Source: Endomicrobiales bacterium (lineage in GTDB: Bacteria > Elusimicrobiota > Endomicrobiia > Endomicrobiales > JALOBY01). From it: a stretch of 64,000 nt of DNA. The stretch is from positions 64,001-128,000 of the forward strand of contig CAWCNJ010000003.1 of NCBI GenBank assembly GCA_963796955.1, read 5' to 3'. The translations under genes and the position numbers were made by a program. Below are positions 46,044 to 57,763 of this stretch, in pieces (position 1 is the stretch's first letter; each line of letters opens with the position of its first letter). The notes beneath the pieces are model-generated. The model did not search any database. It was not told the DNA's origin and saw only the letters and a program-made list of their open reading frames with translations.

Positions 46044-48293
46044 ATGTTCCTAACTGCACGAGCTAAAACCAAACAAAAAGCCTCCAACGGTCCCAGCCGG
46101 GAGATAATCGGCATCATCTTGATCGTTGTCTCGCTGATGCTGGGATACTGCGTGATCGTTCCGCAGCAGTCCGGTGCGTTCGGTACCGCGCTGGCCAGGA
46201 TATTCGGGTTGTTATTCGGCGGTACTGCCTTTTTGTTCCCGGTTCTTTTAGCATGGCTCGGCTATGTGCATCTGAAGGCAGAGCTAAAACTGCATCTGCG
46301 GATGGATACGATCTGGTCCCTGCTGATGCTGGTGTGCGCAGCAAGCTTCATGTCGCTTGTCGGTATCAATTTTTTTCAATCCAACTACGGCGGGTGGTTC
46401 GGTCTTCACCTGAGCCCCGTCTTCCGGCGCCTGTTCGGCCTTAACCTCTCTCTCGTTATTACCGCCGGTATTTTTATTTACACCGCAAGCCTTTTTTTCC
46501 GTATTTCTCTGCGGGAGCTGTTCTCCGGTTTATGGCAGAACCTGGTTTCGGATTACGAACACTGGCAGGCTGCACGCCGCGACCTGAAGCCAGAGGCGCC
46601 GCAACCGCCGAAGATCCGCGAAAGGAAGCCGGAACAGAAGACCCTGGACCTGCCTGAAACCCGGCAGGCTAAGCCTGAGATCAGGCCCGAGATAAAGAAC
46701 GAGCCGCCCAGAATAGTATCGCCCAAATCACTTAATCAGCCGATCTCGGTAAAGCCCAAACCCGCCGACAGCAAAGCGCAGGTCTCTGCTCCTGCAGGCA
46801 CGGGTGTGCCCGCAGGCTACCAGTTGCCGCCGCTCGATCTGCTTAATTTCACGAAGCAGGGAAAATCCGACGGACACGCCGATCACCTGGCAAAAGCCGA
46901 ACTGCTCACAAAAACGCTGGCGGATTTCGATATAACCGCCCGCGTCATTGAGATAATCCCCGGGCCCGTTGTTACCCGCTACGATCTGGAACTGGCGCCC
47001 GGCATAAAGGTGCAAGCGGTCACCAACATCAGCGAAAATCTTTCGCTGGTCATGAGAACGCCCTCGATACGGGTCGTCGCGGTCCCCGAGAAATCTGCCG
47101 TCGGCATAGAAGTGCCGAACACCAATAGCTCTATCGTCGGGCTCAGGGATATCCTCTCAGGGCCGGAATTCCAAAATAAGCATTCCAGACTTGCGTTAGG
47201 GCTTGGGAAAACGACCGACGGCATGCCGAGCGTCGCGGACCTTATGCCGATGCCGCATCTGCTGATAGCAGGTGCCACCGGATCGGGGAAATCCGTCGGT
47301 ATACACAGCATCATACTCTCGATCTTATACAAAGCCCGGCCCGATGAAGTTAAATTCATGCTGATAGACCCAAAACGCCTTGAAATGCCGACGTACCGCG
47401 GACTGCCGCACCTGTATAACCCGCGCGTAAGCTACGATAAAGTAGATATCATCACCCAGCCGAAAGATGCGGCGGATTCGCTGAAGAAGCTGACCAGGGT
47501 CATGGAAAAGCGGTACGAAAAGTTCGCGAAAGAAGCGGTAAGGAACATAGAAGGGTATAACGAAAAAATGGCCGAACGCGGCCTGCCGAAAGAATTCTAT
47601 ATTGTGGTGATCATAGACGAGCTTGCCGACCTGATGTCGGTGGCGAGCAAGGATATTGAAGATTCCATTCAACGTCTGGCGCAAATGGCGCGGGCGGTCG
47701 GTATCCACCTGATCCTGGCGACACAGCGTCCGTCGGTGGATGTGATAACCGGCGTTATCAAAGCCAATTTTCCGGCCCGGATCGCCTTCCAGACGACTTC
47801 CAAGGTTGACTCCAGGGTCGTGCTGGATATCGTCGGCGCGGAAGCGTTGCTCGGCCGGGGGGACATGCTGTTCCTGCCGCCCGGAGAATCGCGGCCCAGC
47901 CGTTTGCAGGGTGCTTTTGTATCGGTAAAAGAAGCCGAAAAAGTGGTCAAGTTCATCCTGGGTCAGGGTGTTACGCCGTATTACGAAGACCTTTTCGCGC
48001 GGCCGGCGGGAGAGTCGAAGGAATTCAATATTGACGACCCGGACGCGAAACAGGAGATGGCCGACCTGGTGCGTGCCCTGACCCTGGTGCAGGAACGCAA
48101 ACGCGTCTCCCAGGACTTGTTGAAAGCGCTGTTCGGTTCCTCGGCGAAGGCGACCAATGTTTTGAGCCTGCTGGAAACGAAAGGCTTTATCCATAAGCCT
48201 GAGGGGACGAACCGCTGGACGATATATTTTGATAAAATAGACGAGTACGTAAAGACCTACGGACCGGTAGTGGGGGTAGATGATGAAATGTAG
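46044..48293 (+). CDS. ftsK: DNA translocase FtsK/SpoIIIE
   Basis: N-terminal 4TM; PGPVVTRY, PHLLIAGATGSGKS, IDELADLM, ATQRPSVDV. Confidence 0.96.
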   Translation: MFLTARAKTKQKASNGPSREIIGIILIVVSLMLGYCVIVPQQSGAFGTALARIFGLLFGGTAFLFPVLLAWLGYVHLKAELKLHLRMDTIWSLLMLVCAASFMSLVGINFFQSNYGGWFGLHLSPVFRRLFGLNLSLVITAGIFIYTASLFFRISLRELFSGLWQNLVSDYEHWQAARRDLKPEAPQPPKIRERKPEQKTLDLPETRQAKPEIRPEIKNEPPRIVSPKSLNQPISVKPKPADSKAQVSAPAGTGVPAGYQLPPLDLLNFTKQGKSDGHADHLAKAELLTKTLADFDITARVIEIIPGPVVTRYDLELAPGIKVQAVTNISENLSLVMRTPSIRVVAVPEKSAVGIEVPNTNSSIVGLRDILSGPEFQNKHSRLALGLGKTTDGMPSVADLMPMPHLLIAGATGSGKSVGIHSIILSILYKARPDEVKFMLIDPKRLEMPTYRGLPHLYNPRVSYDKVDIITQPKDAADSLKKLTRVMEKRYEKFAKEAVRNIEGYNEKMAERGLPKEFYIVVIIDELADLMSVASKDIEDSIQRLAQMARAVGIHLILATQRPSVDVITGVIKANFPARIAFQTTSKVDSRVVLDIVGAEALLGRGDMLFLPPGESRPSRLQGAFVSVKEAEKVVKFILGQGVTPYYEDLFARPAGESKEFNIDDPDAKQEMADLVRALTLVQERKRVSQDLLKALFGSSAKATNVLSLLETKGFIHKPEGTNRWTIYFDKIDEYVKTYGPVVGVDDEM

Positions 48294-48936
48294 ATATATA
48301 TCCTTTTTTCTTTGTATAATGCTAACTGCTGGCAGCGCGATCGCTACGACGCTGGAAGATGTCATGAAATTAGTGCAGGCGGCGGACAAGAACATCACGA
48401 CCCTGCAATTCGGCTACCGGCAGGAGATATCGTACACCCTGACGAACGAAAAACAGGTAAACACCGGCACCGTCTCTTTTCTTAAACCGGATTCTCTGTA
48501 CCTTACCCAGACAAAGCCTTTGGAACAGACCATCGTTGCCGACGGCAAGAAGGTATGGATCTATACGCCGTCGTACAAGCAGGTTATAGAAGACGACTGG
48601 AAGAAATGGGCCAACAACAGCATGGTGCCGGCCTCGCTCGTGAATTTCGGAAAGGGTTGGGACGATCTTAAAAAACAATATACTTTTTCCTATATGGGCA
48701 GCGAAGGTACCGATTATATCCTGTCGCTGACGCCCGCCGCCGGGAAAAAGAATAATCTATTCGAGATAATGCTCTGGATAAATTCTGCCAGCGGGATGCC
48801 GGTGCGTATCGTTTTAAAAGGGGAGAATGTTTCCGTCACAACGCAGATCATGGATCAGAAGATCAATCCAACGCTTGATAAAAAAATCTTCAAATTTACC
48901 GCGCCCCCGGGCGTGGAATCGCTTAAAATCAATTAA
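48280..48936 (+). CDS. lolA: LolA-family lipoprotein carrier
   Basis: Signal peptide; KP, QTIVADGKKVWIY, FKFTAPPG; follows ftsK. Confidence 0.82.
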   Translation: MMKCRYISFFLCIMLTAGSAIATTLEDVMKLVQAADKNITTLQFGYRQEISYTLTNEKQVNTGTVSFLKPDSLYLTQTKPLEQTIVADGKKVWIYTPSYKQVIEDDWKKWANNSMVPASLVNFGKGWDDLKKQYTFSYMGSEGTDYILSLTPAAGKKNNLFEIMLWINSASGMPVRIVLKGENVSVTTQIMDQKINPTLDKKIFKFTAPPGVESLKIN

Positions 48937-48950
48937 CACGGGAAGAAATT

Positions 48951-49658
48951 ATGAATGAGATAGGACAGATATTTAAAACCAAACGCCAGGAACTCGGTCT
49001 TACGATAGAAGATGTGAACCGCCAGATCTATGTGCCGGTTTCCTATATCAAGGCTGTGGAAGAAGGTGATATGTCTAAATTCCCGGCTGAAGTCTACTAC
49101 ACGGGAACGATACGTCGCTACGGTCTTCTGCTGGGCCTGAACACGGACGAGATAATCTCCCAATACAAGAACTCCAAGATCCAGGCGCAGGCGGTAGCGC
49201 GGAAGATAGAGAATGATAAGAAGGAATTCCCCTACATCTATGTCGTGGCTGCACTGGCGCTGCTGGGGGGCATAGGTATTTTGTTCTTCGGCGGCACAAA
49301 GAAACAGGGGACCGAGGAAACCAGGCCCGCTGCGGTCGTAACGGCCGCGCCTGCGACCACGCAGCAGGTCGTACTGCAGCAGCAGGCGGTCGAGGAAGTT
49401 AAAAAATCACCGTTGGTGCTTGCGATATTAGGGACCAGCGGCAGCTGGGTACGGGTTTATGCCGACGAAGAAAAAGTCTTTGAGGGTGTTGTCGTGGGCG
49501 GGACCCTTAAAAAGTTCGGCGCAAAAAATAAATTCTCGCTTAAGATCGGCTACGTGCCGGGTATCACGGTCACATTGAATGAAAAATCGGTGAACCTCGC
49601 GGTCGGGGCACGGCAGGATATTAACGAGATCACTCTAACCAAAGAAAACCTGAAATAA
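48951..49658 (+). CDS. rodZ: RodZ-like HTH-TM-DUF4115 protein
   Basis: N-terminal HTH (YIKAVEEG..RRYG..LGL), one TM segment, SWVRVYAD; upstream of rimO. Confidence 0.75.
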   Translation: MNEIGQIFKTKRQELGLTIEDVNRQIYVPVSYIKAVEEGDMSKFPAEVYYTGTIRRYGLLLGLNTDEIISQYKNSKIQAQAVARKIENDKKEFPYIYVVAALALLGGIGILFFGGTKKQGTEETRPAAVVTAAPATTQQVVLQQQAVEEVKKSPLVLAILGTSGSWVRVYADEEKVFEGVVVGGTLKKFGAKNKFSLKIGYVPGITVTLNEKSVNLAVGARQDINEITLTKENLK

Positions 49659-50962
49659 TGAACGTCTGCCTTTTTGTCCTCGGCTGCCCCAAGAACATCG
49701 TTGAAGGCGAGGGCATGGCAGCGTTGGTCACTAAGGCCGGACATGTGTTGACGACCGATATTTCCTCGGCGGACGCGGCGATAGTGCATACGTGCTCTTT
49801 TGTGCGCGACGCCAAACATGAATCCTGGTCCTATATCCACAAATTGGCCGGGCTTAAGGCCGCGGGCCGGCTGAAAAAATTGATCGTGACGGGCTGCATG
49901 GCTCAGGAAGAGGGAAAAAAACTTCTCGAGATGACCCCGGAAATAGACGTGGTCCTCGGCACCGGCCAGCTGAGCCAGCTTGCAAAAACCCTCCTGCTGG
50001 ACGAACCTTTTGTATCCTGTAAATCTCCGGGCGGTCTTCTTGAAGCTCAGCGAGGCCGTATTTTATCATCTTCCCTGCCAAGCACGTATATTCGTATCGC
50101 CGAGGGTTGTAACCACACCTGCTCTTTTTGCGTGATACCCTCATTGCGGGGCGCCTATCAAAGCCGCAGCAGCGCCTCTATCATGCGCGAGGCACAGGCG
50201 CTGGCGGCCGCCGGAGTTCAAGAACTTATTCTGGTCGCTCAGGATACTACTGTTTTCGGCCGCGATACTAACGGCGAACTTCTTCTTGCCGGACTTTTGA
50301 AGAGATTGAACTCTATTAAAGCGTTGCGCTGGATACGGGTGATGTACGCCTACCCGAACACCGTTAACGTAAAACTACTGGACGCGCTCCGAGATCTGCC
50401 GAAAGTTTGTACGTACCTGGACATTCCTTTACAGCATGCCAGTGACGCCGTTCTCAGGCGTATGGGCCGTCCGGTAAACGTTCGCGGAGTCGTTGAGCGT
50501 ATCTCGCGTTCTGTACCGGGTATCAGCATCCGCACCGCCTTTATTGTGGGCTTTCCCGGTGAGACGGAAAAAGATTTCTCGCAGCTGCGCTCTCTAGTTA
50601 AAGAAGGCTGGTTCGAGCACGCCGGTGTTTTTGAATATTCTGACAACGAGAAGGCTCGTTCTCACGGTCTGGGGCCTGCCGTACCGGCCCGGATCGCGCG
50701 GCGCCGCCGTCGTGAACTGATACGTCTGCAAAACGCCGTTGTCAAAAAACGGAACAAAGCCCGTGTCGGGCAGGAACTTGAGGTTTTGATTGAAAGCGGC
50801 CGGAAGGGCGGTTTCTGGCAGGGCCGCGCCGCATTTCAAGCACCGGAAGTTGACTCGGTTGTTATTTGCAAAGGTGCACCTGGCCGGGCATACGCGGGAC
50901 AATTCGTCAAGGTGCTGGTAAACGCCGCCAGAGATCTTGACCTGTATGGGGATATCGTATGA
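49658..50962 (+). CDS. rimO: ribosomal protein S12 methylthiotransferase
   Basis: LGCPKN, EGCNHTCSFC, MYAYP, PLQHAS, QAPEVD. Confidence 0.92.
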   Translation: MNVCLFVLGCPKNIVEGEGMAALVTKAGHVLTTDISSADAAIVHTCSFVRDAKHESWSYIHKLAGLKAAGRLKKLIVTGCMAQEEGKKLLEMTPEIDVVLGTGQLSQLAKTLLLDEPFVSCKSPGGLLEAQRGRILSSSLPSTYIRIAEGCNHTCSFCVIPSLRGAYQSRSSASIMREAQALAAAGVQELILVAQDTTVFGRDTNGELLLAGLLKRLNSIKALRWIRVMYAYPNTVNVKLLDALRDLPKVCTYLDIPLQHASDAVLRRMGRPVNVRGVVERISRSVPGISIRTAFIVGFPGETEKDFSQLRSLVKEGWFEHAGVFEYSDNEKARSHGLGPAVPARIARRRRRELIRLQNAVVKKRNKARVGQELEVLIESGRKGGFWQGRAAFQAPEVDSVVICKGAPGRAYAGQFVKVLVNAARDLDLYGDIV

Positions 50963-51591
50963 AGTTCAGCACGCTCACGCTTGCCAATCAACTGACGCTG
51001 ATAAGGATATTCCTTGTCCCGTTCATGATATTATTCATGTACATTGATAATATCTGGATGAGGATAGCGGCGCTGCTAATATTCATTATCGCGACGATCA
51101 CCGATGTCTACAACGGCAGGATCGCGCGCAGGACGAACACGGTCACTACGCTGGGAACCTTTCTTGACCCGCTGGCGGACAAGCTGATAATCTCCGCCGC
51201 ACTCATCGCCTTTGTCGGCTTGAAAGAGATCACCGTGCCTGCCTGGATGGTAACCCTTATCATTTCCCGCGAATTCGTTATTACCGGCCTGCGCTCCATC
51301 GCTGATTCAAAGAACATCGTTATCCCGGCGTCAAATCTGGGCAAATTCAAGACGGCTTCACAAAGCACCGCGATAATCGCTATCTTCATTATCCTGATCA
51401 TCCGCTCCGCCTTGTGGCATTATACGCACGTGCATGCAGACTGGCTTTTGACCTTCGGCGGCTGGTACCGGGTCTGGGGCTGGTGTTTGTCAAAATTGCC
51501 GTATTGGCTTGTGCTGCTGGCGACGGTGGCCTCGGTCTATTCCGGTATCGCCTATATAAAAGAGCATAGCGCCACGCTGCGGGAAAACTAG
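50959..51591 (+). CDS. pgsA: CDP-diacylglycerol--glycerol-3-phosphate phosphatidyltransferase
   Basis: NQLTLIR, TDVYNGRIAR, GTFLDPLADK, SREFVITGLR, GKFKT. Confidence 0.9.
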   Translation: MKFSTLTLANQLTLIRIFLVPFMILFMYIDNIWMRIAALLIFIIATITDVYNGRIARRTNTVTTLGTFLDPLADKLIISAALIAFVGLKEITVPAWMVTLIISREFVITGLRSIADSKNIVIPASNLGKFKTASQSTAIIAIFIILIIRSALWHYTHVHADWLLTFGGWYRVWGWCLSKLPYWLVLLATVASVYSGIAYIKEHSATLREN

Positions 51592-51595
51592 CTCA

Positions 51596-52048
51596 ATGAA
51601 AAGACTCATTCTTGTTCTTTCTAGCGGTTTCGGTACAGGGTATCTGCCCGCCGCGCCGGGAACCTGGGGCACGCTTGCCGCGGCCGCGGTATACTGGTTT
51701 TTAGTGCCGAATAATCCCCTATTCGTTGCAGCGCTTGCGGTTATCGTATCGCTCCTGTCTGTGATCGTTTCCGGGGCGGCTGAAAGGATCTACGGTAAAA
51801 CAGATGACAAGCGTATCGTTATCGATGAATGGGCCGGTTATTTTGTCTCTGTCCTTTTTCTTCCTCATACCCTGTGGTACTGCCTCGGCGCATTCATACT
51901 GTTCCGCGCGTTCGATATCTGGAAACCTGCCGGTATAGCCTCGTTACAAAAACTGCCGGGCGGCTGGGGGGTTACGATAGACGATCTCGCGGCGGGCGCG
52001 GCTGCTAATATCGTTCTACAGGTAATTAAATGCGGAGTGCCACAATGA
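51596..52048 (+). CDS. pgpA: phosphatidylglycerophosphatase A
   Basis: APGTWGT, IVIDEWAG, FRAFDIWKP, GVTIDD. Confidence 0.92.
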   Translation: MKRLILVLSSGFGTGYLPAAPGTWGTLAAAAVYWFLVPNNPLFVAALAVIVSLLSVIVSGAAERIYGKTDDKRIVIDEWAGYFVSVLFLPHTLWYCLGAFILFRAFDIWKPAGIASLQKLPGGWGVTIDDLAAGAAANIVLQVIKCGVPQ

Positions 52049-52680
52049 ACCTGCCCTATATCCTTGAAACCATCGTCGTTGGTGCGCTCGAAGTGAACTG
52101 CTACCTGCTTGCCGACGCAAAAACCCTTGAGTGCGCAGTCATAGATCCGGGGGACGACGGTGAAAAGATAATTGCGCGCATAAACGAACTGAAATTAAAG
52201 CCGGTCGCCATCATCAACACGCATTCGCATGCGGACCACATAGGCGCGGATGCCGCGATCAAAAAAAGATTCGACATACCTATTATGATACACCGTGAGG
52301 ATGCCCCCAATCTTTCTGTCCCGGAGCGAAACCTTTCTTCCTACGCCGGTGGAGCTTTCTCGGCACCCAATGCCGACCGCCTGCTTGAAGACGGTGACAG
52401 TATAACGGTGGGAAGTCTGCAATTGCGAGTTACGCATGTACCGGGGCATTCAAAAGGGTGCATCGTACTCTCGGTAGAGGATCTGCTTTTTACCGGCGAC
52501 ACATTGTTCTGCGGCACCGTCGGCCGCACCGACCTTCCCGGCGGTTCCGACGATGAACTTAACCGGTCACTGAAGAAATTCAACGCCTTTCCCCGTACCA
52601 TGCGCCTGCTGCCCGGCCACGAAAAACAATGCACCCTGGAAAAAGAATATGGCCATAATATCTTCCTTGGACGTCCCTGA
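52045..52680 (+). CDS. MBL-fold metallo-hydrolase (glyoxalase II/YcbL-like)
   Basis: THSHADH, PGHS, TGDTLF..VGRTDLPGG, PGH. Confidence 0.88.
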   Translation: MNLPYILETIVVGALEVNCYLLADAKTLECAVIDPGDDGEKIIARINELKLKPVAIINTHSHADHIGADAAIKKRFDIPIMIHREDAPNLSVPERNLSSYAGGAFSAPNADRLLEDGDSITVGSLQLRVTHVPGHSKGCIVLSVEDLLFTGDTLFCGTVGRTDLPGGSDDELNRSLKKFNAFPRTMRLLPGHEKQCTLEKEYGHNIFLGRP

Positions 52681-52694
52681 ACGGCGGAGCGTAC

Positions 52695-53588
52695 ATGCTT
52701 GACCCGAATCTGTATCTTAAAGAATTCGTAGTGTACATCACCGCGGAAAAGGGACTGGCGAAAAATTCCATTCTCTCTTATCGCAGCGACCTTAAAAACT
52801 ACGTCGCGTACCTGAACAAAACCAAAAAAAACGTTGAAGCGGTCTCGCATCTGGAGCTGGGGGATTACCTCTGGGAAAGAAAGAATGCCGGCCTGCAGCC
52901 CAGATCCCTGTACCGGTTGATTGAAAGCCTGAGGCAGTTCTATAAATTCCTTATCGCGGAAGGTTACATTAAAAGCGATCCCACCGCGAACCTGCTGCCG
53001 CCGAAGATCCCTTTAAAGCTGCCAAATAAACTGAGCATAGCCGAGGTAGAACGGCTGCTGAATGCTATCAGCGGCGACAATAGCAGGGAGATCCGTAACC
53101 GGGCGATGGTAGAGGTTATGTACGGCGCGGGGCTGCGGGTCTCTGAACTGGTCGGCTTAAGTGTCGACAGCGTTGATATGGCCCTCGGTTTTGTCCGGGT
53201 GTTCGGGAAAGGAAGTAAGGAACGGCTGGTGCCGCTGGGAAAGACCGCGCGCATATATATCAGGAAGTATCTCGAAGTGCGCAATGCCAACAAACGGGCT
53301 AAAGAAGGCGAGCCGGCGCTTTTCCTGAGCAAGCTGGGCCGTCCGCTCTCACGGATCGAGTTCTGGCGGCAGCTGAAGAATTACGCGAAAAAAGCCAATA
53401 TAAGCAAACGCATGTATCCGCACACGCTGCGCCATTCATTCGCCTCGCACCTGCTTGCCAACGGCGCCGATATCCGGTTCGTTCAGGAAATGCTCGGCCA
53501 CAGTTCTATTGCCACGACACAGATCTATACCCATATAGACCGCGAACATTTAAAAGAGCTGCACAAACAATATCACCCCAGAGGATAA
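52695..53588 (+). CDS. xerD: site-specific tyrosine recombinase XerD
   Basis: GLRVSEL, GKGSKER, PHTLRHSFASHLL, LGHSSIATTQIY, HPRG. Confidence 0.9.
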   Translation: MLDPNLYLKEFVVYITAEKGLAKNSILSYRSDLKNYVAYLNKTKKNVEAVSHLELGDYLWERKNAGLQPRSLYRLIESLRQFYKFLIAEGYIKSDPTANLLPPKIPLKLPNKLSIAEVERLLNAISGDNSREIRNRAMVEVMYGAGLRVSELVGLSVDSVDMALGFVRVFGKGSKERLVPLGKTARIYIRKYLEVRNANKRAKEGEPALFLSKLGRPLSRIEFWRQLKNYAKKANISKRMYPHTLRHSFASHLLANGADIRFVQEMLGHSSIATTQIYTHIDREHLKELHKQYHPRG

Positions 53589-53593
53589 CCGGT

Positions 53594-53869
53594 ATGTATT
53601 ACGGCGGCGGAGAGATGGAAGACGTCATAGACCTGCACGGCATGCGGGCCGAGGCAGCCGAACAGGCCCTGTATAGATTTATGAACGAAATGATCCGAAA
53701 ACAAGCCCGCAAAGCCCTTATAATCCACGGCAAAGGTTCCGGTGTCCTGAAAGAAGTAACCGACGATTGCCTGCGGCAAAACGGATACGTAGAAAGATAC
53801 TACACCGCCCCGCTTTCACACGGCGGCAGCGGTGCTACCGTAGTCGAATTTAGTTATAACGCAAAATGA
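53594..53869 (+). CDS. stand-alone Smr-domain protein (start may be 53615)
   Basis: IDLHG, IIHGKGSGVLK, GGSGAT. Confidence 0.85.
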   Translation: MYYGGGEMEDVIDLHGMRAEAAEQALYRFMNEMIRKQARKALIIHGKGSGVLKEVTDDCLRQNGYVERYYTAPLSHGGSGATVVEFSYNAK

Positions 53870-53891
53870 AACAGGGTTATACGGAGGTCCA

Positions 53892-54886
<995 letters not shown>

Positions 54887-54890
<4 letters not shown>

Positions 54891-55766
54891 AACTGCTCGA
54901 TCCCGTCGCGCTTTCCAAAATAGCATCATTGCAGTTGCGGGCCCGCCACGTTGTGGACGGTCTTCTTTCAGGATCGCACCTGAGCCGCCTGCGCGGCCAC
55001 TCGCTTGAATTCGCCCAGCACCGTGAATATGTTCGGGGCGACGAGCTCAAACATATTGACTGGAAGATGAACGGCCGCAGTGACCGCCTTTTCATCAAGC
55101 AATACCAGGATGAAACCAATCTCCGTTGTTGTATTTTGCTGGATGCATCCGGCTCCATGGGCTACGCATCGAAAGGGAATATTTCAAAGCTGGAATACGG
55201 CGCCATGGCCGCCGCCTCTTTATGCTACCTGTTATTCCAGCAGGGCGATGCGGCGGGTTTGGGCATATTCGACGATAATCTGCATACGTTCCTTCCTCCT
55301 ATGCACCAGCAGTCATACCTTCCGCTCTTAAATGCCGCCCTGGAGAACGTAAAGCCCGGTGGTGATACGGGTATACATACCGCTCTCGCTGATGTTGCCC
55401 GCCGGCTGAAAAAACGCAGTATGGTGATCCTTGTTTCAGATCTTTTAGGCGACACAGGACAGATAATGCCGGCCTTGCGCCATCTGAGCGCGCGCCGCTA
55501 CGATGTCATGGTCTTGCAGGTGCTTGACCCGCGGGAGATCGATTTTGATTTCTCGGGAGAGGCGCCTTTTTGTACCGCTTGAATCCGGAGCCAATGTACG
55601 GGCGGACGCAGACGAAATACGCGACGAATATCTGCATGTGTTCGGGGAAGCCCAACAACAAAATGCCTCCGCCTTACGTTCGGCGAGGATCACACATTGT
55701 CTCGCTCAAACGAACGAGCCGGTCGAGACCGCGCTCGCACGATTGCTTTCCGGCGGGATGGTCTGA
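54887..55766 (+). CDS. DUF58 (vWA-like) protein with a frameshift near 55566-55571
   Basis: EFAQHREY, IDWK, LDASGSM, VSDL, DPREIDF; C-terminal part (LFVPLESG..IRDEY) continues in the +1 frame to TGA 55764-55766. Confidence 0.82.
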
Positions 55767-57763
55767 TGAATATTTCATTCCTCGATCCGGTCTATCTGTG
55801 GGGGCTGCCCCTTGCGGCGATCCCTTTACTCCTGCATCTGCTCTCAAAACGCACTCCCCAAAAACTTCCATTCAGCGATCACCGTTATATCCTGCAGGCG
55901 ATTGAGCGGGTCAGGACAAGCCTGCGCTTCTATCATTATTTGATCCTGCTGCTGCGCACGCTGATCATCGCGCTGATCGTCGGTTATTTTGCCAAGCCTG
56001 TATACCAACCCGCGGCGGCGGGCCTGAAAGCCGGCAGTGAACCGGCGCCCGTGATATTCATCCTGGATACTTCTTATTCGATGGGTGCAAAAGTTAACGG
56101 CATAACAAGATTTGATATGTGCAAGAAACTGGCTCAGGATTCGCTTGCCATCGTGCCTAAGGGCACCAGGGCAGGTGTGATAGCGGTATCGAACCGGCTG
56201 GAGGTTGTCAGCGGTGTTCTGACGAACGATACCGATACGCTGGCGCGGCTGATAACGGATATTCAGCTTTCGAACAGACCCACCGACCTTGCGCCGGCAT
56301 GGACGGCGCTGCGGAAGATGCTGGAGAACTATCACGGCGCCAGACCGGTAGCCGTCGTGCTTACCGACGGCGCACAGCATGTTTTCAGCGGTCAGCCTCC
56401 AGAGGGGTCACTATCGGTCAGGGTGGTTTTGCCGCGCTTCCCATCACTGCCTAACCGCTGGCTTACGGAACCATCCGTCACGTTCAATGAAGGTCCCGAA
56501 CAGTGGGAGTGCTCTGCCGCTGCGCAAAGCTCTCATTATCCCGTCGATACAACATTTATCGAGCTGCACGCTGACGGCCGGAAGGTCGCCTCCGATATCG
56601 GCAAACCAGGTACCGACGGCGTTTTAAAGGCACACATGGTCTGGACGGCGAAAACACCGGTATCGCGCGGCACGCTGACCATCCCGCCTGATCCGCTGAT
56701 CTGCGATAACGAATATTATCTGACAGCCAGAAGGGCCGTTCCTTTTAAAACGTGGCTTATTGACGGCGATCCGCGTCTCGGTGGTACGGGCAGCAAGACG
56801 CTATACCTCAGTAAACTATTCCCGCGCGCTGAAGTGCTGCGAGAAAGCGATTCCTCTCTGGTGGAATACGGACTGCCTGGTACGGTGATACTGGCTAACG
56901 TACGCGAATTCTCCCCGGCGCTCGCCGATCATATCCGTAGCGGCGGCGGGTGCATCGTGTTCCTTGGTGACCGTTTTGAACCGGGCGCAGAACCGGAATG
57001 GTTCCCGGCCGAGGTCGGCAATGAATTGGATTCCCCGCAAAGCATCACCTGGAAGGATGCCGGCCACCCTATAGCTGCTGAGATCGCCGTTAAAGAATAT
57101 GTGTGGAAGAATATACACGTCGACAAAGGTTTTGTTCTTTCCGCGAAACCCGGCGCCCGGGTGCTTGCGGAACTGGGCAACGGACGGCCGTACCTTATCG
57201 AGGGAAAATACGGTGCCGGGAAAGTTCTGTTGTGCTGCTCAGGGCCGGACAGGGATTGGGGAAATATTGTAGCGCATCCCGTATTTGTAACACTACTGCG
57301 CGCCGCGGCCAGATATACCGCGGTGGCAGCCGGCCAGGATGCGGCTGCGGATACTGTTGTCGGCGGCACGTTCCACTGGAAAATGGTGGATGATCCTCGT
57401 ATCGCGCGGCCCGACGGAAAACTCGTTACGGCGCCGGTCGCCGAAGGCGCGATAACCTATACGGATATGGACGTGCCCGGTATGTATGCGTTGCTTTCCG
57501 GCCGCCGCACGGTCACTACCTGGGCGGTAAATTTGGACAACGCTCACGCTGAAAGCGACCTGACCGCCGCCACGCTCAAAACCGTGAGGGCATATTTTAA
57601 AGAAATGCCGCTGGCAATGATAGAACCCGGGCAGTGGCAGAAAAAACTACGGGTAATTATAGCGGGCTCAGATGTATCCCGTCAGTGGTTGTTTGCCGTT
57701 CTTCTATTACTGCTGATGGAATTGTTGCTGGTCACAAAAGGAAAGACCAATGTCCGCCGTTAA
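55766..57763 (+). CDS. BatA N-terminal double-TM plus vWA domain protein
   Basis: SFLDP..IPLLLHL..PFS..LLLRTL..AKP; MIDAS-like DTSYSM..TD..LTDG; C-terminal ESDL and LMELL. Confidence 0.85.
   Translation: MNISFLDPVYLWGLPLAAIPLLLHLLSKRTPQKLPFSDHRYILQAIERVRTSLRFYHYLILLLRTLIIALIVGYFAKPVYQPAAAGLKAGSEPAPVIFILDTSYSMGAKVNGITRFDMCKKLAQDSLAIVPKGTRAGVIAVSNRLEVVSGVLTNDTDTLARLITDIQLSNRPTDLAPAWTALRKMLENYHGARPVAVVLTDGAQHVFSGQPPEGSLSVRVVLPRFPSLPNRWLTEPSVTFNEGPEQWECSAAAQSSHYPVDTTFIELHADGRKVASDIGKPGTDGVLKAHMVWTAKTPVSRGTLTIPPDPLICDNEYYLTARRAVPFKTWLIDGDPRLGGTGSKTLYLSKLFPRAEVLRESDSSLVEYGLPGTVILANVREFSPALADHIRSGGGCIVFLGDRFEPGAEPEWFPAEVGNELDSPQSITWKDAGHPIAAEIAVKEYVWKNIHVDKGFVLSAKPGARVLAELGNGRPYLIEGKYGAGKVLLCCSGPDRDWGNIVAHPVFVTLLRAAARYTAVAAGQDAAADTVVGGTFHWKMVDDPRIARPDGKLVTAPVAEGAITYTDMDVPGMYALLSGRRTVTTWAVNLDNAHAESDLTAATLKTVRAYFKEMPLAMIEPGQWQKKLRVIIAGSDVSRQWLFAVLLLLLMELLLVTKGKTNVRR

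Noticed and set aside
47325..48398. 357-aa minus-strand ORF
   Set aside because: Shadow of ftsK
52695..53588. Tyrosine recombinase as an island or prophage integrase
   Set aside because: Housekeeping XerD features and context; no att sites or phage genes seen
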